Counted from the stretch's first letter, positions 40,855-56,133 are shown. The stretch: DNA of 64,000 nucleotides from Octopus vulgaris (GCA_951406725.2 OX597831.1:78368001-78432000); one strand, 5' to 3'. Notes: generated by a model not told the origin, from the sequence alone. Translations and numbers: made by a program.

Positions 40855-41005
40855 GTTCAATAACATTTCTTTATTGTTAGTTACTTGGTTAAATATCTAA
40901 CCAACTACCTATTTGGTCCTTTGTTTTATGTGCTGTTTAAACAATTAGTCGGTTCTTAGCTAGTCAAAGTCGTTTCGTCACTATTCATGCATTTTTCAAT
41001 TACGT

Positions 41006-41105
<100 letters not shown>

Positions 41106-41458
41106 ATGTTTGGTCTGAGCGAATGAAGAATTAGATGAAAACTTGAGCAGAGCAATGAAGCATTGTCATGGGTCTTTTGAAGCTTGTTAAATGCAACACT
41201 GATTCGATAATTGAATAAAAATATATATAAATAATAGATAGAAAAAAATAAAACCTTCAGAAAGCTACGTTTAAAACTTCAGAAGAAATAAACAAATAAA
41301 AGGTTTTAAAATATAGGTACGTTTAATTATAACAAATTTTTATATAAAATTCTTCGTCTGCAAAAGTTGTTAATTTTTAATACACACACACACACACACA
41401 AACACACACATATATATGTATATATGTGTGTTCGTACGTATGTATATATGTATGTGTG

Positions 41459-41498
<40 letters not shown>

Positions 41499-41543
41499 TG
41501 AGTTTGTGCTTCTAAATATTTTATGTGTGTGCTTGTGGGTGTG

Positions 41544-41596
<53 letters not shown>

Positions 41597-41751
41597 ACAT
41601 ATATACATATACAAATATGTGTGGTGGGTTGTGTATGTGTGTGTATGCATGTATGTGTGTACAGTAAGGATTGGAATACGGCCCAATTTTAAAAACATGT
41701 TTTGTAGAACAGATCAACAACAACAACAACAACATCATCAACAGCAGCAGC

Positions 41752-41788
<37 letters not shown>

Positions 41789-41936
41789 GCAGCAATGAAG
41801 ATCTATAGAAAGTCTTGCTTAATGGGTGGAGTTATTTTCGTGAAATAAAACACAGAGTTTATTTATGTATTTCAGTTTAACAAAACAGACATTTAACATA
41901 TTCAGATCTTGTTGTTATTGTTGTTATTTTTATTTA

Positions 41937-41996
<60 letters not shown>

Positions 41997-42228
41997 CATT
42001 ATTATTATTGTTGTTGTTGTTGTTGTTGTTAGGTTTTAAGTTTTTTATTTAATTTTTTTTCTTTACGTATTCTTTCTATTCTTTTTCTTGAAATACAAGA
42101 AAAAAAATGAAACTGTTAATATTTAACTTTGAAAAATGTGTGCGTGTGTGAGTATTTGTTTGTGAAGTGGTTATATTTTTAACTATTTATTTACGAGTAT
42201 TTAGGTTCTCACACACTCACATGCATAC

Positions 42229-42281
<53 letters not shown>

Positions 42282-42287
42282 CATACA

Positions 42288-42347
<60 letters not shown>

Positions 42348-42374
42348 CATACATACATACATATATATATATAC

Positions 42375-42451
<77 letters not shown>

Positions 42452-42452
42452 C

Positions 42453-42497
<45 letters not shown>

Positions 42498-42499
<2 letters not shown>

Positions 42500-42645
42500 C
42501 GCAGGACTGGCTGTGTGGTAAGTAGCTTGCTTACCTACCACATGGAACCTTGGGCAAATATCATCTATTCTACCTTCGGGCCAACCAAAGCCTCGTGAGT
42601 GGATTTGGTAGATGGAAACTGAAAGAAGCCTGTCATATATATATA

Positions 42646-42681
<36 letters not shown>

Positions 42682-42905
42682 TGTGTGCGTGTGTCCGTAT
42701 GTGTGTCTGTGTTTGTGCCCCATCATCGCTTTACAACCGATGTTGGTGTGTTTACACCCCCGTATCTTGGCGGTTCGGCAAAACAGAACGAGAGCATAAC
42801 TACTAGGCTTACAAAGAATAAGTCCTGGGAGTCAATTTGTTCGACTGAAGGTGCTGCTCCAGCATGGCCACAGTCAAATGACTGAATCAAATAAAGGAAT
42901 ATAAG
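42498..42905 (+). mobile_element. SINE family A
   Basis: Similar to 3501-3900. Other copies or fragments at ~6265, 13236, 22345, 27940, 33878, 35070, 39268, 39994, 45755, 48633, 50862, 58597 and 60270. Confidence 0.85.
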
Positions 42906-43308
42906 TATAAAAGAATATATATATATGTGTGTGTATATGTGTGTGTGAATGTACGTATGCATGTATGTATGTATGCATGTATATATATATCGAGAGAGAG
43001 AGAGAGAGAGGGGGGATATTTAGATGCATGTGTGCATATATGCATATATCCGTTTATGCATGTATGCTTGTTTGTTTGTTCGTTTGTTTGTTTTTGTGTG
43101 TGTGTGTGTGTGTGTGTGTGCTATATATGCAAGCTGGGACTTCGAAATTGGTAAAAAAATCACTCAATATGTGACCTAAACGTGTATTGCTTTGGAGAAG
43201 CTGAAATCCATTGATTCGCAACTCTGAGTTTCAAGTCACCTTGTTATTCACACGACTGACGTAGAGAGATATGTATTTATTAAACACGCGCTGAACAACT
43301 CATTTTCA

Positions 43309-44099
43309 TCAGGTTTAGTAAAAAGTAAGCAATGTTTTGAACCATGAAGAATTTGTACCGGATTTTTGCAGGATTTTGAACTTTTTAAAACATTTTTTGC
43401 AACTATCTGATAATACAAACATAGACTTACCCAAATGCATCAATAAATTAACATTGATATTTTTTCCACCGTTGTTACAATCATCTGAAATGGAACTGTC
43501 AAAGCGCGATATTCGAGCAATTTTGCTATTCAACTTCAAAAAAGACGTAAAGCAGCTGAAACTGTTTGTGATAACAATGAAACGTTTGGTGAGGGAATGA
43601 CCAATGAGTGGTCAGCTCGAAAATGGTTTAAACGATTTCGCAGTGGAGACCCGAGCCTTGAAGATCGTGAGCGTAGTGAATGCCCATCTTTCATTGATGA
43701 CGGTCAGTTAAAGACTGTCATCGAGAAAGATCCACGTAAAACCACTTGAGAACTGACAAAAGAACTTCAAGTTAACCAGAAAACTGCCTGCAACCGTTTG
43801 CATGCGATCAGAAAATCAAAAAACCTCGACAAATGGGTACCATACGATTTGAACGAAAATCAGAAAATGCGCAGATATGAAATTTGCTCGTCACTTCTTC
43901 TCCATAACCCGACCGATCCATTTCTCGACCGTATTGTAAAATATTTTTTATGTTACCGGAATAAACAAATTTGTAATTCGTTGGGGAAAATGTGTTGATT
44001 GTAACGTTACTTACTTTGATGAATAAAATTTCTGCATTGTTGAAATATATTGCGATAAATTTCATGTTTCAAAATGTTGTTTACTTTTCACTAAGCCTG

Positions 44100-44100
<1 letters not shown>
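43309..44100 (+). mobile_element. Internally deleted mariner transposon
   Basis: ~40-bp TIRs tcaggtttagtaaaaagtaagcaatgttttgaaccatgaa / ttcatgtttcaaaatgttgtttacttttcactaagcctga; MELSKRDIRAILLFNFK and WVPYDLNENQKMRR. Confidence 0.9.
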
Positions 44101-44179
<79 letters not shown>

Positions 44180-44912
44180 GTATGCTAAAATTACGTAATG
44201 TTTTTACATTCAATCTCGTATCTCAAAAATTAATTTGGCATATCATAATGATAATTAAACAAAAACTTTTTCCAATTTTTTTTTTACCTCTGCAATTTCA
44301 CGAAAACTATCCTTTCACATTGCATGCCAATATTCTGCAGTTATTAGTACTGAAGACATGATATTTTGGTGTCTTTTTGCAGGTAAATAAATGAAAATAT
44401 GTTATGTGCCTAACATTTGAATTTAGGAAAGCATGATACATTTATCGGTTTCGTTGCGTATTCAGTTAAATCGCTCTGTATACGCCCTTGCGAATATATT
44501 TGCTTATACTATGTCACGCTTCTTTCCCACTTGAAACATATGAATGAACGACAACATAAACTGAATTTTATAATTCATGGCGATTCAGATTTATAAACGG
44601 AACCAAAGGAAGCTTGGAACCAGATTGACGCAAAAGCTGCCAAGCTGGATTCCAAAGAATTGCAAAAGGAATAGGACAGGAACAGAAAAAGAAATATATG
44701 GAAATTTGAATCGGAGAAAATAACAGACAAAAATAAAACTCAGGCGAGAATGTTATCGCAAGATAAGAAGGTGGCATGTAACATGAGGTGAGAGAACAGT
44801 GGCGGATTATATACTTGTATATGTGTGTGGATCCGCGTGAATATGTTCGCCCGCACACGTGTTTGTAAATACGTGTATATGTATGTACGTTTATGGTATA
44901 TATATGTATGTA

Positions 44913-44975
<63 letters not shown>

Positions 44976-45104
44976 GCTCATAATTTTTTTATATATACTC
45001 ATAATTTTAAATTGAAGAAAATATTGTTATTGTATCAAAAATTGTTTACAAATATTTTTACAAACATATATTGGTTAGTCCACATCATTCCGTAAGGAGT
45101 ATTG

Positions 45105-45720
45105 GATTGTTATCATTTCAAGCCAGATGACGCAATCTTTGATTTCACACTAAGATGGTCCGATTGCTTTCGCTTCATACTCCATGTATCCTTTCTAGGA
45201 TTCCTTAGGTCGCCCAAAGTACCTCTTTCCTTCAGGTTGCCAGGCTGAAACAATTGTCTTGAAACAATTCCAGCCCATTTCATTTTCGGAATTTTTTGAT
45301 TGATGGTTGTTTTGTTCATTTAAACAGACTTTTGTTCGCAATTTTGTCTCTCTGCCAGATCTTGCAGATGTAGCGCAAACAACGTTAACAAAGGTCTGCA
45401 GCTGACTCTTTATGGCGTTGGTGACCCTCCAAGTTTCTGACACGTAGAGAAGAATGGCTTTGAGGTTGGAATTGAAGATGCGGGGGTTTTGTTTTGAGGG
45501 AGATGGCTTTGCACCTCCAGACCAGTCGAAGACTGTTGAAAGCATACCACGCCTGGCCGATGCAGAACCTCACATCCTCCTCAGTTGGGACAGTTGTAAA
45601 GCAAGTAGAAGATCTCTGTTATGCCGATGAATGAGAACTGATACCATTTAACCATCGGAATATGCAATCCAAGGTTACGAAGTCAACTGAAGGGGCAATA
45701 GAAACGGGCTTCCGAGCAAA
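45105..45720 (-). pseudogene. Decayed RTE-type LINE 3' fragment
   Basis: RIFNSNLKAILLYVSETW...LQTFVN and WQPEGKRYFGRPK. Confidence 0.75.
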
Positions 45721-45828
45721 ACAGAACGAATACATATGGATATGAATTTTGATATTTCTTCTACTATAGCCTCGGGCCGACCAGAACCTTCTGGGCGGAT
45801 TTGGTAGACGGAAACTGAAAGAATCCCG

Positions 45829-45875
<47 letters not shown>

Positions 45876-46093
45876 TGTATGTGTGTTAGTTGGTTCGTTC
45901 TCTCCTCAACATCGACAACCGATGCTGATGTGTTTACGTCCCCGTAACTTAGCGGTTCGGCAAAAAGAGGCCGGTAGAATAAGTACTAGGCTTACAAAGA
46001 ATAAGTCCTGGGGTCGATTTGCTCGCTAAAGGAGGTGCTCTAGCATGGCCACAGTCCAATGACTGAAACAAATAAAAGAATAAAAGAAAAGAA

Positions 46094-46170
<77 letters not shown>

Positions 46171-46435
46171 AATAGTAAAAAAGTGAAAAAACTACAGAAG
46201 GCTTGTTTTAAAAGGTTAAAAATATATATTTGAGTCAATATGTCTGAAGAATATTGTAAATTTTTTTCTTACAATGACATAGTTTAGAAGAAAGACCGGT
46301 TTCGCGTTTAGCTTTTCAAATTTCTTACATCGTTATGTTTACGTTGAGAAGAGTTATCGTTATGTTTATGTTGAGAAGAGTTCCAGATAAGGGGAGGTAA
46401 TAAGTTATTTCTTCGGGTGTAAGGGAGATAATCGC

Positions 46436-46970
46436 TTAAAATTTTTTGCCTTTCCTTTGGAGTGAATTTCTCTGTATAAGTATGTTGGAATGGTTAAGTC
46501 TGGGCTTGTACTTTTCAATGAAGAATGTTTCCATGTTTAGTCTAATTTGTGTTGGTGTTCCGATAGCACATTGGTAAAATGGAAAGATTAAAAATTGTGG
46601 TAGTAGTTGCTTTGCGCATTTCTCAATGTGCTCACTAAAGGGTATCATTCTGTATTCTGGGAATGCAATCTGTTGTCGATGCAGTGTGCATCTACGTCTG
46701 AGTGATAGTCCCGTGGATCCCACGTAGTCTTGGTGGCAGACCGAACATTTTATGACATAAATTATGTTTTCAGAGGCACAAGTAAAATTAGAGTTGATCT
46801 TAAATTTCTGTCCATCTTTGAAGAGGAATTCTGATCCTTCTAGCAGGTTAGGACATGTTGCACAGTTCGGTCTACCACATTTTTTTACTTTTGCATCCGT
46901 AATTTCAGAAAACAATTTTGCCTTTGTGAGAATCTTTTTAAGTGATTTAGGTTGTTTGTAGCTTTTAATG
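46436..46970 (-). mobile_element. Penelope-like element, 5'-truncated: linker and GIY-YIG endonuclease
   Basis: KSYKQPKSLKKILTKAK...CGRPNCATC...NIIYVIKC..C..DYVGSTG..LRRR...H...ETFFIEKYKPRLN; the frame is open. Confidence 0.9.
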
Positions 46971-47313
46971 AAAGGAACAAGAAAAAATTGACAGAGAGAG
47001 AATAAAAAAACTTTTGGGGTTAGCGGTCAAGCATGGCGACTGGTTGGAAAAGAAGGGTGCCAAGGAAGAGAGAAGGTGGGTAAGAGTGAAGCGAGGAAGT
47101 AGGTGTCAGAGGAAGAGAGGAGAAGAAATGTGGGTAGGAGTGAAGAGAACTTTTATGGTGCTTATAGCTGGAAAACAATACCATTCTATTGTAATAATAC
47201 TTAAAATTTCTTCTATCAAACTTACACTGTTCTCGGTTCTGTTTATAGCTTCGGCTATCAACAGAGTTTAAGGCATTGATGTAGCGGATATTTTAAATTG
47301 TGTCTTCGGTGAA

Positions 47314-47385
47314 TCTAGCCGACGAGGACTAACCAGATTTACAATAACAAACATATTCTGGAAAGTCCGAAACTCGAGTACTAGG
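47314..47385 (+). ncRNA. Type I hammerhead ribozyme (U4C core) with extended stem II
   Basis: tctag CCGACGA ggact aa ccaga...tctgg aa agtcc GAAAC tcga GTA ctagg. Palindromic stem III actcgagt. Confidence 0.85.
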
Positions 47386-47551
47386 TTATCCACTTTTCTC
47401 TGGCGTTTCTCCTAGTAGTAAGACGAAATTTTTTTTATATTCGCTTCCCGCACACATCTTTGCCCCTATACATTCAACGAAGCTTTACAATAGCGTCGTA
47501 CGGTTATCGACTGCTATTTCCAGCAAACAGTGGTACCTTGTGCCACTATTT

Positions 47552-47597
<46 letters not shown>

Positions 47598-47914
47598 GTG
47601 TGTGTGTGTATGCACTTATACATATATTTAACAAAGTATATGAAACTAAGAATGTGTAAATATATATACAATACATATATGTGTGTGTTACTGTGTACGT
47701 GTGTGTGTATATGTTTTTAAAAATACATATAATACATACATAGTTGAATTTAGGTTGAAACTACTGCACTAGCAGCAACAACAACAACATGCTAATATCA
47801 ATCTGTTTCATTTCAGTTTTCCAATGAAGGAATATGAGGAAATAGAATCTCAGATTTCATCACATGTTTCTGTAGGAAATATTAAGTAAACTCACCCGTC
47901 CTGTGATGTTGTTG

Positions 47915-48251
<337 letters not shown>

Positions 48252-48555
48252 TATTTCATGAACGACAACAACGACAACGTCGATGGTGATGATGATCATC
48301 ATCATGATCATCATGATGATGATGATGATGGTGGTGGTGGTGTTGGTGGTTAAGGTTGGTTGATGTTATGGTTTTGTTGCTGTTGATTCAGAGTAGGCAG
48401 ACAGATATGTAAACAGACAGTTAGATTCAGAGAGAGAGAGAGAGAGATACAGAGACAGAGACAGAGAGAGCCAGAGAAATACACATACATTCGTTCGTTC
48501 ATACATACATACGTATCTATATAGCCATCTATATCTGTAGCACATTTGGGAATCA

Positions 48556-48635
<80 letters not shown>

Positions 48636-49079
48636 TTTTATTCTTTTATTTGTTGCAGTCATTTGACTGCGGCCACGCTGGATCACCGCCTTCAATCGAA
48701 CAAACTGACCCCTGGATTTATTCTTTTTAAGGCTAGTATCGGTCTCTTTTGCCAAACGGCTCATTTACGGGGGACGTAAACTCACGAACATCGGTTGTCA
48801 AGCGATGGTGGGGGAGAAACACAGACACAATCATATACATATATTTTTTTCTGTTTCCGTCTGCCAAATCCACTCAAAAGGCTTTGGTCGAACCGAGGCT
48901 ATAGTAGAAGACACTTGCCCAAGGTGCCATGCAGTGGGACTGAACCCGGAGCAATGTGGTTGGTAAGCAAGCTACTTACCACAAATCTACTCCTGCGCCT
49001 ATCTTATACACACATATACATATATATATTTAAGTATGTATGTATGCAGTTTGTATACGTGTATATGTAAATTAAATGC

Positions 49080-49414
49080 TGACCCCCTTCGGTCATGGAT
49101 GACCATGGGTTTGCAACTAGAAATTTACTCTCCGAGGCACAAGTCCGAACAAGGTTGTTTATGGAAGAACAGCAGTTGCCCATGCATACCAGCCACGCCT
49201 TTCCACGCCACCGATGTTATCCAAGAGAAAGGCAAAGGGGCCGATGCAGCTTGGCACCAGTGACATCGCCACTCATTTCTACAACTAAGTGAACTGGAGC
49301 AATGTGAAATAAAGTGTCTTGGTCAAGAACACAACACGCAGCCCGGTCCGGGAATCGAATTCACAACCTCACCATCGTAAGCTCGATGCCCTAACCACTG
49401 AGCCGTACGCCTTC
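49080..49414 (-). mobile_element. tRNA-derived CORE-type SINE
   Basis: Head ggcgtacggctcagtggttagggc...aattcgattcccggacc; CORE-like gttcttgaccaagacacttta. Confidence 0.8.
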
Positions 49415-49990
49415 ATATCTGAGTAAAATGTTCTAAAACAATGTATGCATATTTATGTTCACTATGTGCTCTACATATGACAGCTACGTAAAGAGAAACA
49501 TTGAATTTTTTGGAAAATATTGAACAATAGCTTCGTTGGGTTGAAGCAAGCATTATTTGTTTGCATTTGTGATAGGGTAACAGGAAGTCTGAACGTTGGT
49601 GTGGATAGATTTCAGAATGTTCTTCGGTTGATATACACTGGAGTTGTGAATTCTTGGTCAGGAAGAAGAAGAAGGAGGAGGAGGAGGGGGGAGAAGGAGA
49701 GGAAGAAGACGAAGAATTTGGGAGTGCCTTGATTGTAGTATTTTGAATGGTCAGTGGAGGCTAGCAGTTGCTGTTCAATTCATGAAAATATATCTATTGA
49801 AAGTTTTGCCTATAGAATTTGCGTAGGTGTTATACTAAAAAGCATTAGTGATAAAGTTAGGAAGGAGAAGTAAGGAGAAAGGGGAGAAGAAGAAGAAGAA
49901 GGAGAAGAAGAAGAAGAAGAAGAAGAAGAAGAAGAAGAAGAAGAAGAAGAAGAAGAAGAAGAAGAAGAAGAAGAAGAAGAAGAAGAAGAA

Positions 49991-50037
<47 letters not shown>

Positions 50038-50172
50038 AGAAGGGAGAATATGAATGAGTGAAAGTAGTGAGGTGTTGGATGACTTAAAGTTGGCACGTTA
50101 TGGATTATAGCAGTGATTGGAGCTGAATTTTAATGGATTCTTTGGAATGTAATATTTGCGTGTGTATTTGTG

Positions 50173-50355
50173 TTATTCTAAGGCTGAGGTGGATATGTCG
50201 TTTGTCGTAGACGCGTTCAGAAGGGGCCTGTATTTTGTAATAAAGAGAGTTTCTTTACTAATTCGTTGCCTCCAGGTTGTTTGTCCCTGAGTTGGTAGAG
50301 GGGAAAAATCTTGATGCTTGGAGTTTTGTTGTTGGCGCAAATGTCTATGTATAGA
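50173..50355 (-). pseudogene. C-terminal remnant of a Penelope GIY-YIG endonuclease
   Basis: RQRISKETLFITKYRPLLN resembles RLNMETFFIEKYKPRLN of the Penelope ORF at 46436-46970. Confidence 0.55.
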
Positions 50356-50494
50356 GGTGGGTGTTACTGTAGCTTGTAGCCCCAGGAGAACATCGTCTCC
50401 AGCTGGCTTTAGGTACACTAAAGCGCAGAAAGTGTGCCTAAAGCCAGCTGGAGACGATGTTCTCCTGGGGCTACAAGCTACAGTTACACCCACC
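50356..50494. repeat. 64-bp inverted repeat with 11-bp spacer
   Basis: Arms 50356-50419 / 50431-50494 with 2 mismatches; a related sequence lies at ~58146-58194. Confidence 0.95.
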
Positions 50495-50531
50495 CTTAGT
50501 GGTTAGCCATATTGAGATGGCTAGTATACCT

Positions 50532-50589
<58 letters not shown>

Positions 50590-51013
50590 TATGTATGTAT
50601 ATACATATATATATATATATATACATGTATGTATCTGTTTATCTATCTGTCTATTTATCTATCTATTTATTTATCTATCTATATTTATTCATCCATCAAA
50701 TTACCTCCCCACACACACACACACATACACATATATATATACAGTGTATATATATATATGTGTGTGTGTGTATATACATATATATATATATATAAAGAGA
50801 GAGAGAGAGATGGAGATATGTATATTTACATGCACATTTGTATACATATATACTCTTTCCCTCTTTTACTTGTTTCAGTCATTTGACTGTGGCCATGCTG
50901 GAGCACCACCTTTAGTCGAGCAAATCGCCCCCAGGACTCATTCTTTTGCCGAACCGCTAAGTTACGGGGACGTTGCATACCTATTTACACAAAGGGAAGC
51001 ACACAGACATATG

Positions 51014-51131
<118 letters not shown>

Positions 51132-51559
51132 TAGACAAGGGGACAAGCTTGGACATAATCTCTGTTGAGTTTACTCATTTACATGATTTAGACTAAAATT
51201 GGACGGTTTGAAAAGTATAGTCAGATCTCTATCATATCAAGTTGTTTTTTTTCTACAGTTTACTCCCTTAATAAGCACAATTGTATTGTTTGTCCGTGAG
51301 TACCAGGGTTAGTCAGCCGCTTTTATTATATCACTGGGGAATATTTCCGAAAAATGTTTTTGTTGTCTTTCTTTTTGCAATTAGTCATGTTATTTGATGG
51401 GGTTGCAGAAATGCCCTTAGAAATTCACAAGATTTTTGTTAAACGGGAATTCAGTTTTTTACCAAAAATGTCATCTTTGCCATTAAAGGCAGAACAGTAT
51501 TAGATATTTCTGTCAAACTGGAGTTTCAGCTTCTCAAGGAATGAACTTTCTCTTTGCGT

Positions 51560-52200
51560 AAATATCTTGCACCATGACAGTCTCTTTGCAGAGACCAGCA
51601 GTAGGCAGCCATCATGCTTGTGTTCCACCTGCCTTGATACATAGGTTCCATGGTCTCGATGTCTTCGTGGAATTTCACTTCTTGCTCATTGCTGATTGCA
51701 CTACGACTTTCAGGGTAGTAGTGAAGATGACTGCAGGAAATGTACTTTTACACCCATGTCGCACCCGGTGCTCGAACTGGTAAATAGTTCTGCACAAGTT
51801 GTTCATAGTTTGGTGACTTTCTGTTTCCCAGGAAATCTGGCACAACTGTAGCAAAAACATTCTATGATGTTCTTTTCAACGCCAGACACGGTCTCCAAGA
51901 CTTGCTTATCCCGAAATAGCACGTCAAACACACCAATCTTAAATTTATCATAAGACAACACTGGAGACTTGCTTCTTAAGTATTTGAAACAGTCACCGTC
52001 TCGGTGTTTCAACACATGCTTTATATGGGATACCCAGGCTTCCTTTTGATCACCTAGTTTCATGTCGAAGTAAGGTGAGCTTCCTTCACAAAAGCTGTGA
52101 TTTTGTTTCGCTGCCTAAGTAAAGCGTAACATCCACAAATATAGCAGACGATATCGGGGCTGTTTTTGCAGTTTCTTTTCTCACAACTGGCCACATTCAT
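51560..52200 (-). mobile_element. Decayed, internally deleted Chapaev3-like DNA transposase
   Basis: CKNSPDIVCYICG, KLGDQKEAWVSHI, KFKIGVFD and SNEQEVKFHEDIETMEPMYQGRWNTSMMAAYCWSLQR, matching the SDEHGERFHQDI...YQGRW..MLADYCW motif. Confidence 0.65.
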
Positions 52201-53454
52201 AAAACACAGAGCATGAATTCAAGCCAGTGGTCACCTGGGAAAAATATTTTCAGAATCGTCAACAGTTATAAAGAAAATGCAGATTTGCGATAGCAGAAGT
52301 TCCATAAAGAGCATACATACCATGATGTTCTTTCTAGTTCTTTGACCATCCCTGACAAATATTTAACTTGACCCATGCGACCTCGCAATTAAAGCATTAT
52401 GGGCACATTAAAATACCAATTATCATAAGGAATAGTTAAAGGTTCAACCAAACATGTTTCACCTAGTTTCAAATGATAGCCACACTAAACCAAGCAGAGC
52501 ATGGACACATCTGCACACAAACCCTACAAATACAAGCCACAGAAATGCGTTGCTTATTAACATATATTTGCATAAAGGACGTTTTTGTCATTGATATGAC
52601 ATTTAAAATTAGATTGAAAATAGTGAAAGTTGCTCGTTTGATGCTTTTTATTTAGTGAAAATACTTAAATCATAACATTCGTTTCCACTTTTGTAGTTGC
52701 ATTTACTTTAAATGATGTTGAAAAACAGTTTTTGTTTATGTCAAATATCATACATGGCTTTGCTTTTGATGAAGCCAAATCTATCCATAGAAATTGTGAC
52801 TATACTGGAATTGTTGAGAAATGGACATTTGAGTTTGTGAAAATTCTTGACGTTTTGTAAAGCAAAATGGATTTCTTTATTTTAAACCAGAACCCCCAAA
52901 ATTACTACGAAACATGTCTCCAAGAAAACCATATTTCTCAATGTTATATATATAAGTAAAAAAATTTAAATGATTATCGTTGAAGGGGCGAAATTGCGTT
53001 AGACCCTGTAGCTGATAATTGATGAGGACTTGGTGACCTTCTGTGTCTGTTTCTAGTTTGATTGTACATTATTATATGTTTTTAAACTTATCATTTAACG
53101 GGACGCCACGTACTGTTATTTTCTTCACGAGTAACTGTTTATATACACATAAATACACACACACACACACACACACGCACACACACATATGAAAACAACG
53201 CACACAAAGCGGAATCTGGACGTGCACGAGCGTTCTCACATGAAATGATTAAATAATTAATCAACACAAAAATACCAGGGCTAATGCAATAGAAACAACA
53301 ATCTATCTGTATATTTATTTACTCATTCCAGAATCCCATAAAGTCTCGTGTAGCTTCGTATATTCTCATCCAAAATGGAGACGTGTACCAACGTTCACAC
53401 GAGAACTCGGTATTGAGTATACATTCTCACTATTCGATATTAGCGTATATACAT

Positions 53455-53511
<57 letters not shown>

Positions 53512-54062
53512 CACTCACACACACACACACGTAGTTACACAGAAACACAATGACACACACAGACACACAGAAACACAATGACACACACACACGCACGCAC
53601 GCACATGCACACACACACACACACACACACATACACTCGTATCCATCCAAAATAGGAAACAAAGGAAAAGAAGGAAAAAAATGAAAGAAAGAATAAATGA
53701 ACGAAAAAAAGAAAGAAAGAAAGAAAGAAAGAATAAATGAAGGGGAAAAGAAAGAAAGGGAAAGAGATGAAATCTAAAAGAGATTGGTAGTAAGATTTGA
53801 AGAACTTCCCCTTTAATTGAAGGTGTGTGAGAGTGTATGGGGGGCCGGGGTGGGGGAAGGGGTTGGGGTGAATTTAGTGGAATTTTTGTTATTTCCTTTA
53901 CAGAGTTGCTAATGAGAAAATAATGAGCCACAACGTATACAGGTGTCTCTTCTACATATACTCTCACACGCATGCGCACATACGCACGCACGCATACACA
54001 TATATCTGTACATAAACTGCATATATACATACATACATACACACGCACACACACGCACAGAA

Positions 54063-54094
<32 letters not shown>

Positions 54095-54237
54095 TGTGAC
54101 TTTGTGCGTCCATGTGTCTCTGTCTGTATTTGTGTGTGTGTGTCTGTGCGTACTAGTTAAAGTACACGCATCACATCTGGGTTGTGTGAATATATAAATA
54201 ACGCAAACACATACACGCACTCACATACGTGTATGTA

Positions 54238-54284
<47 letters not shown>

Positions 54285-55184
54285 GTATGTATGTATATCT
54301 ATGTATATATATATATATATATATATAAATATATATATGTAGTTATATCCATCAATATATACACATACATATAAATATATGTACGAGTATATGTGTATAT
54401 GTGTGTGTGTGTGTGCACGCGCATCGGCATGACCGCAGCTCTGAGCTGAAACTACAGAAAAATTATATATACACACACATTCACACACACGCACGCACAC
54501 ACATACATGCACACGTTCGTGCTTGAAAGACGACAAAAAAACTAAAAAGTCAAAATATTTAGCTATTTATATTGTACGCTGCTGTTTGTCTCCTTCGCCA
54601 ATAATCGGAGTTTCGCCTAAGATATGTTCGTTAGGCATCGAAGGCTTTTCAGAAGAGAATTGTTTTAGAAATTTCCAGTATATCAAATGTGATAACACAT
54701 CACATCAGTTTCAAAGAAAGTATAAGATAGTTGAAGAGAACAGATAGCAGGGTACCATATGCTGCAGGTAACACTCCTGCTACTCATGCAAAAACCTCAG
54801 GGATTTGGGGACACCAAAGATTTGAGGTTGGTGTTTGGGTGTTAAATGTCTTCCACGATACTTAACATCTGGTTACAATTCCTTATAATTCGAGTAAAGA
54901 GACCTTGAGAGACGCTGTGAAATCTTTGAAGACAGGTTGTAGTCCGCTCGCACAGAATTAACCGGAGCAAGTAAGATCGAGAGCTCTGTAAGCAAAAGGG
55001 AATAAATAGATAGATAAATAAATGAATAAATAAATAATCAGAAGAATACCATTCCGCATTTTATATTCTGCAAGAATCTCAACAATTCCTGAGATTTGAG
55101 GAGACCTATTGTCACCAAATCTCAAGATGAAAAAAAAACCCTGCTAACTAAATTACCATGCACTAGAGTAATAATAATAATAGT

Positions 55185-55223
<39 letters not shown>

Positions 55224-55237
55224 TAGTACAACACCAA

Positions 55238-55270
<33 letters not shown>

Positions 55271-55450
55271 TAGTACAACACCAAAATAATAATAATAATA
55301 ATAATAACTAGTACAACACCAAAAAAAAAAAACCCCAAATATATGGCACAGAACTTCCAACCTGTTGTCTCTTGTGGTCTCTGGGTGAGACTTGGAGCCA
55401 ACTTGTACAGACATAAAGCAAAAGTCAAACATAGAATAATAATAATAATA

Positions 55451-55947
55451 GTGTTATCATGTACATTGTTTTGTCTTGGTATAAAAGATGGGCTACAGCA
55501 AATATTCTGCTCAATACCACAGATTTGCTTGTCAGTTGTTTGGCCTTAACCAGTTGAGCATGTCCCTTAGTGGCTGACGATATGTGCATCTCTGATCACG
55601 AGCAGAAGTAGTGGGGGAGCATCATAGCCATGTGTTGAGAGGATTCTTTGGGTTTTGAATAATTCACCTCTGGAAACATGGGTGGTTCTTTCAACATCCT
55701 TAAACAACCCTTATTCAGGGACCTTTTGAACGGTATGGGCTACTTGACCAGAAGAAAATTCTAACTGGTCCCCACCTGCAAGGTCATACGCTGTTTATCT
55801 TGATATGAGATCACCATATCGTGCACATATGGTTGTGATGCATGTGCCTGGTGTACTCTTATCAGACGGGTAGTCATGATGAGTATACTGGGCTTCGTAT
55901 ATTTGTACCCCAGTGTCACTTTGATGGCATGCACTACTCTCTCACTC
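55451..55947 (+). mobile_element. Non-coding (TAA)n-targeted retroposon (family C), 5'-truncated
   Basis: Reverse complement of 8117-8612; flanked by (aat)n. Confidence 0.8.
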
Positions 55948-55999
55948 AATAATAATAATAATAATAATAATAATAATTATAATTATTATTATTATTATT

Positions 56000-56039
<40 letters not shown>

Positions 56040-56045
56040 TTGTTG

Positions 56046-56133
<88 letters not shown>

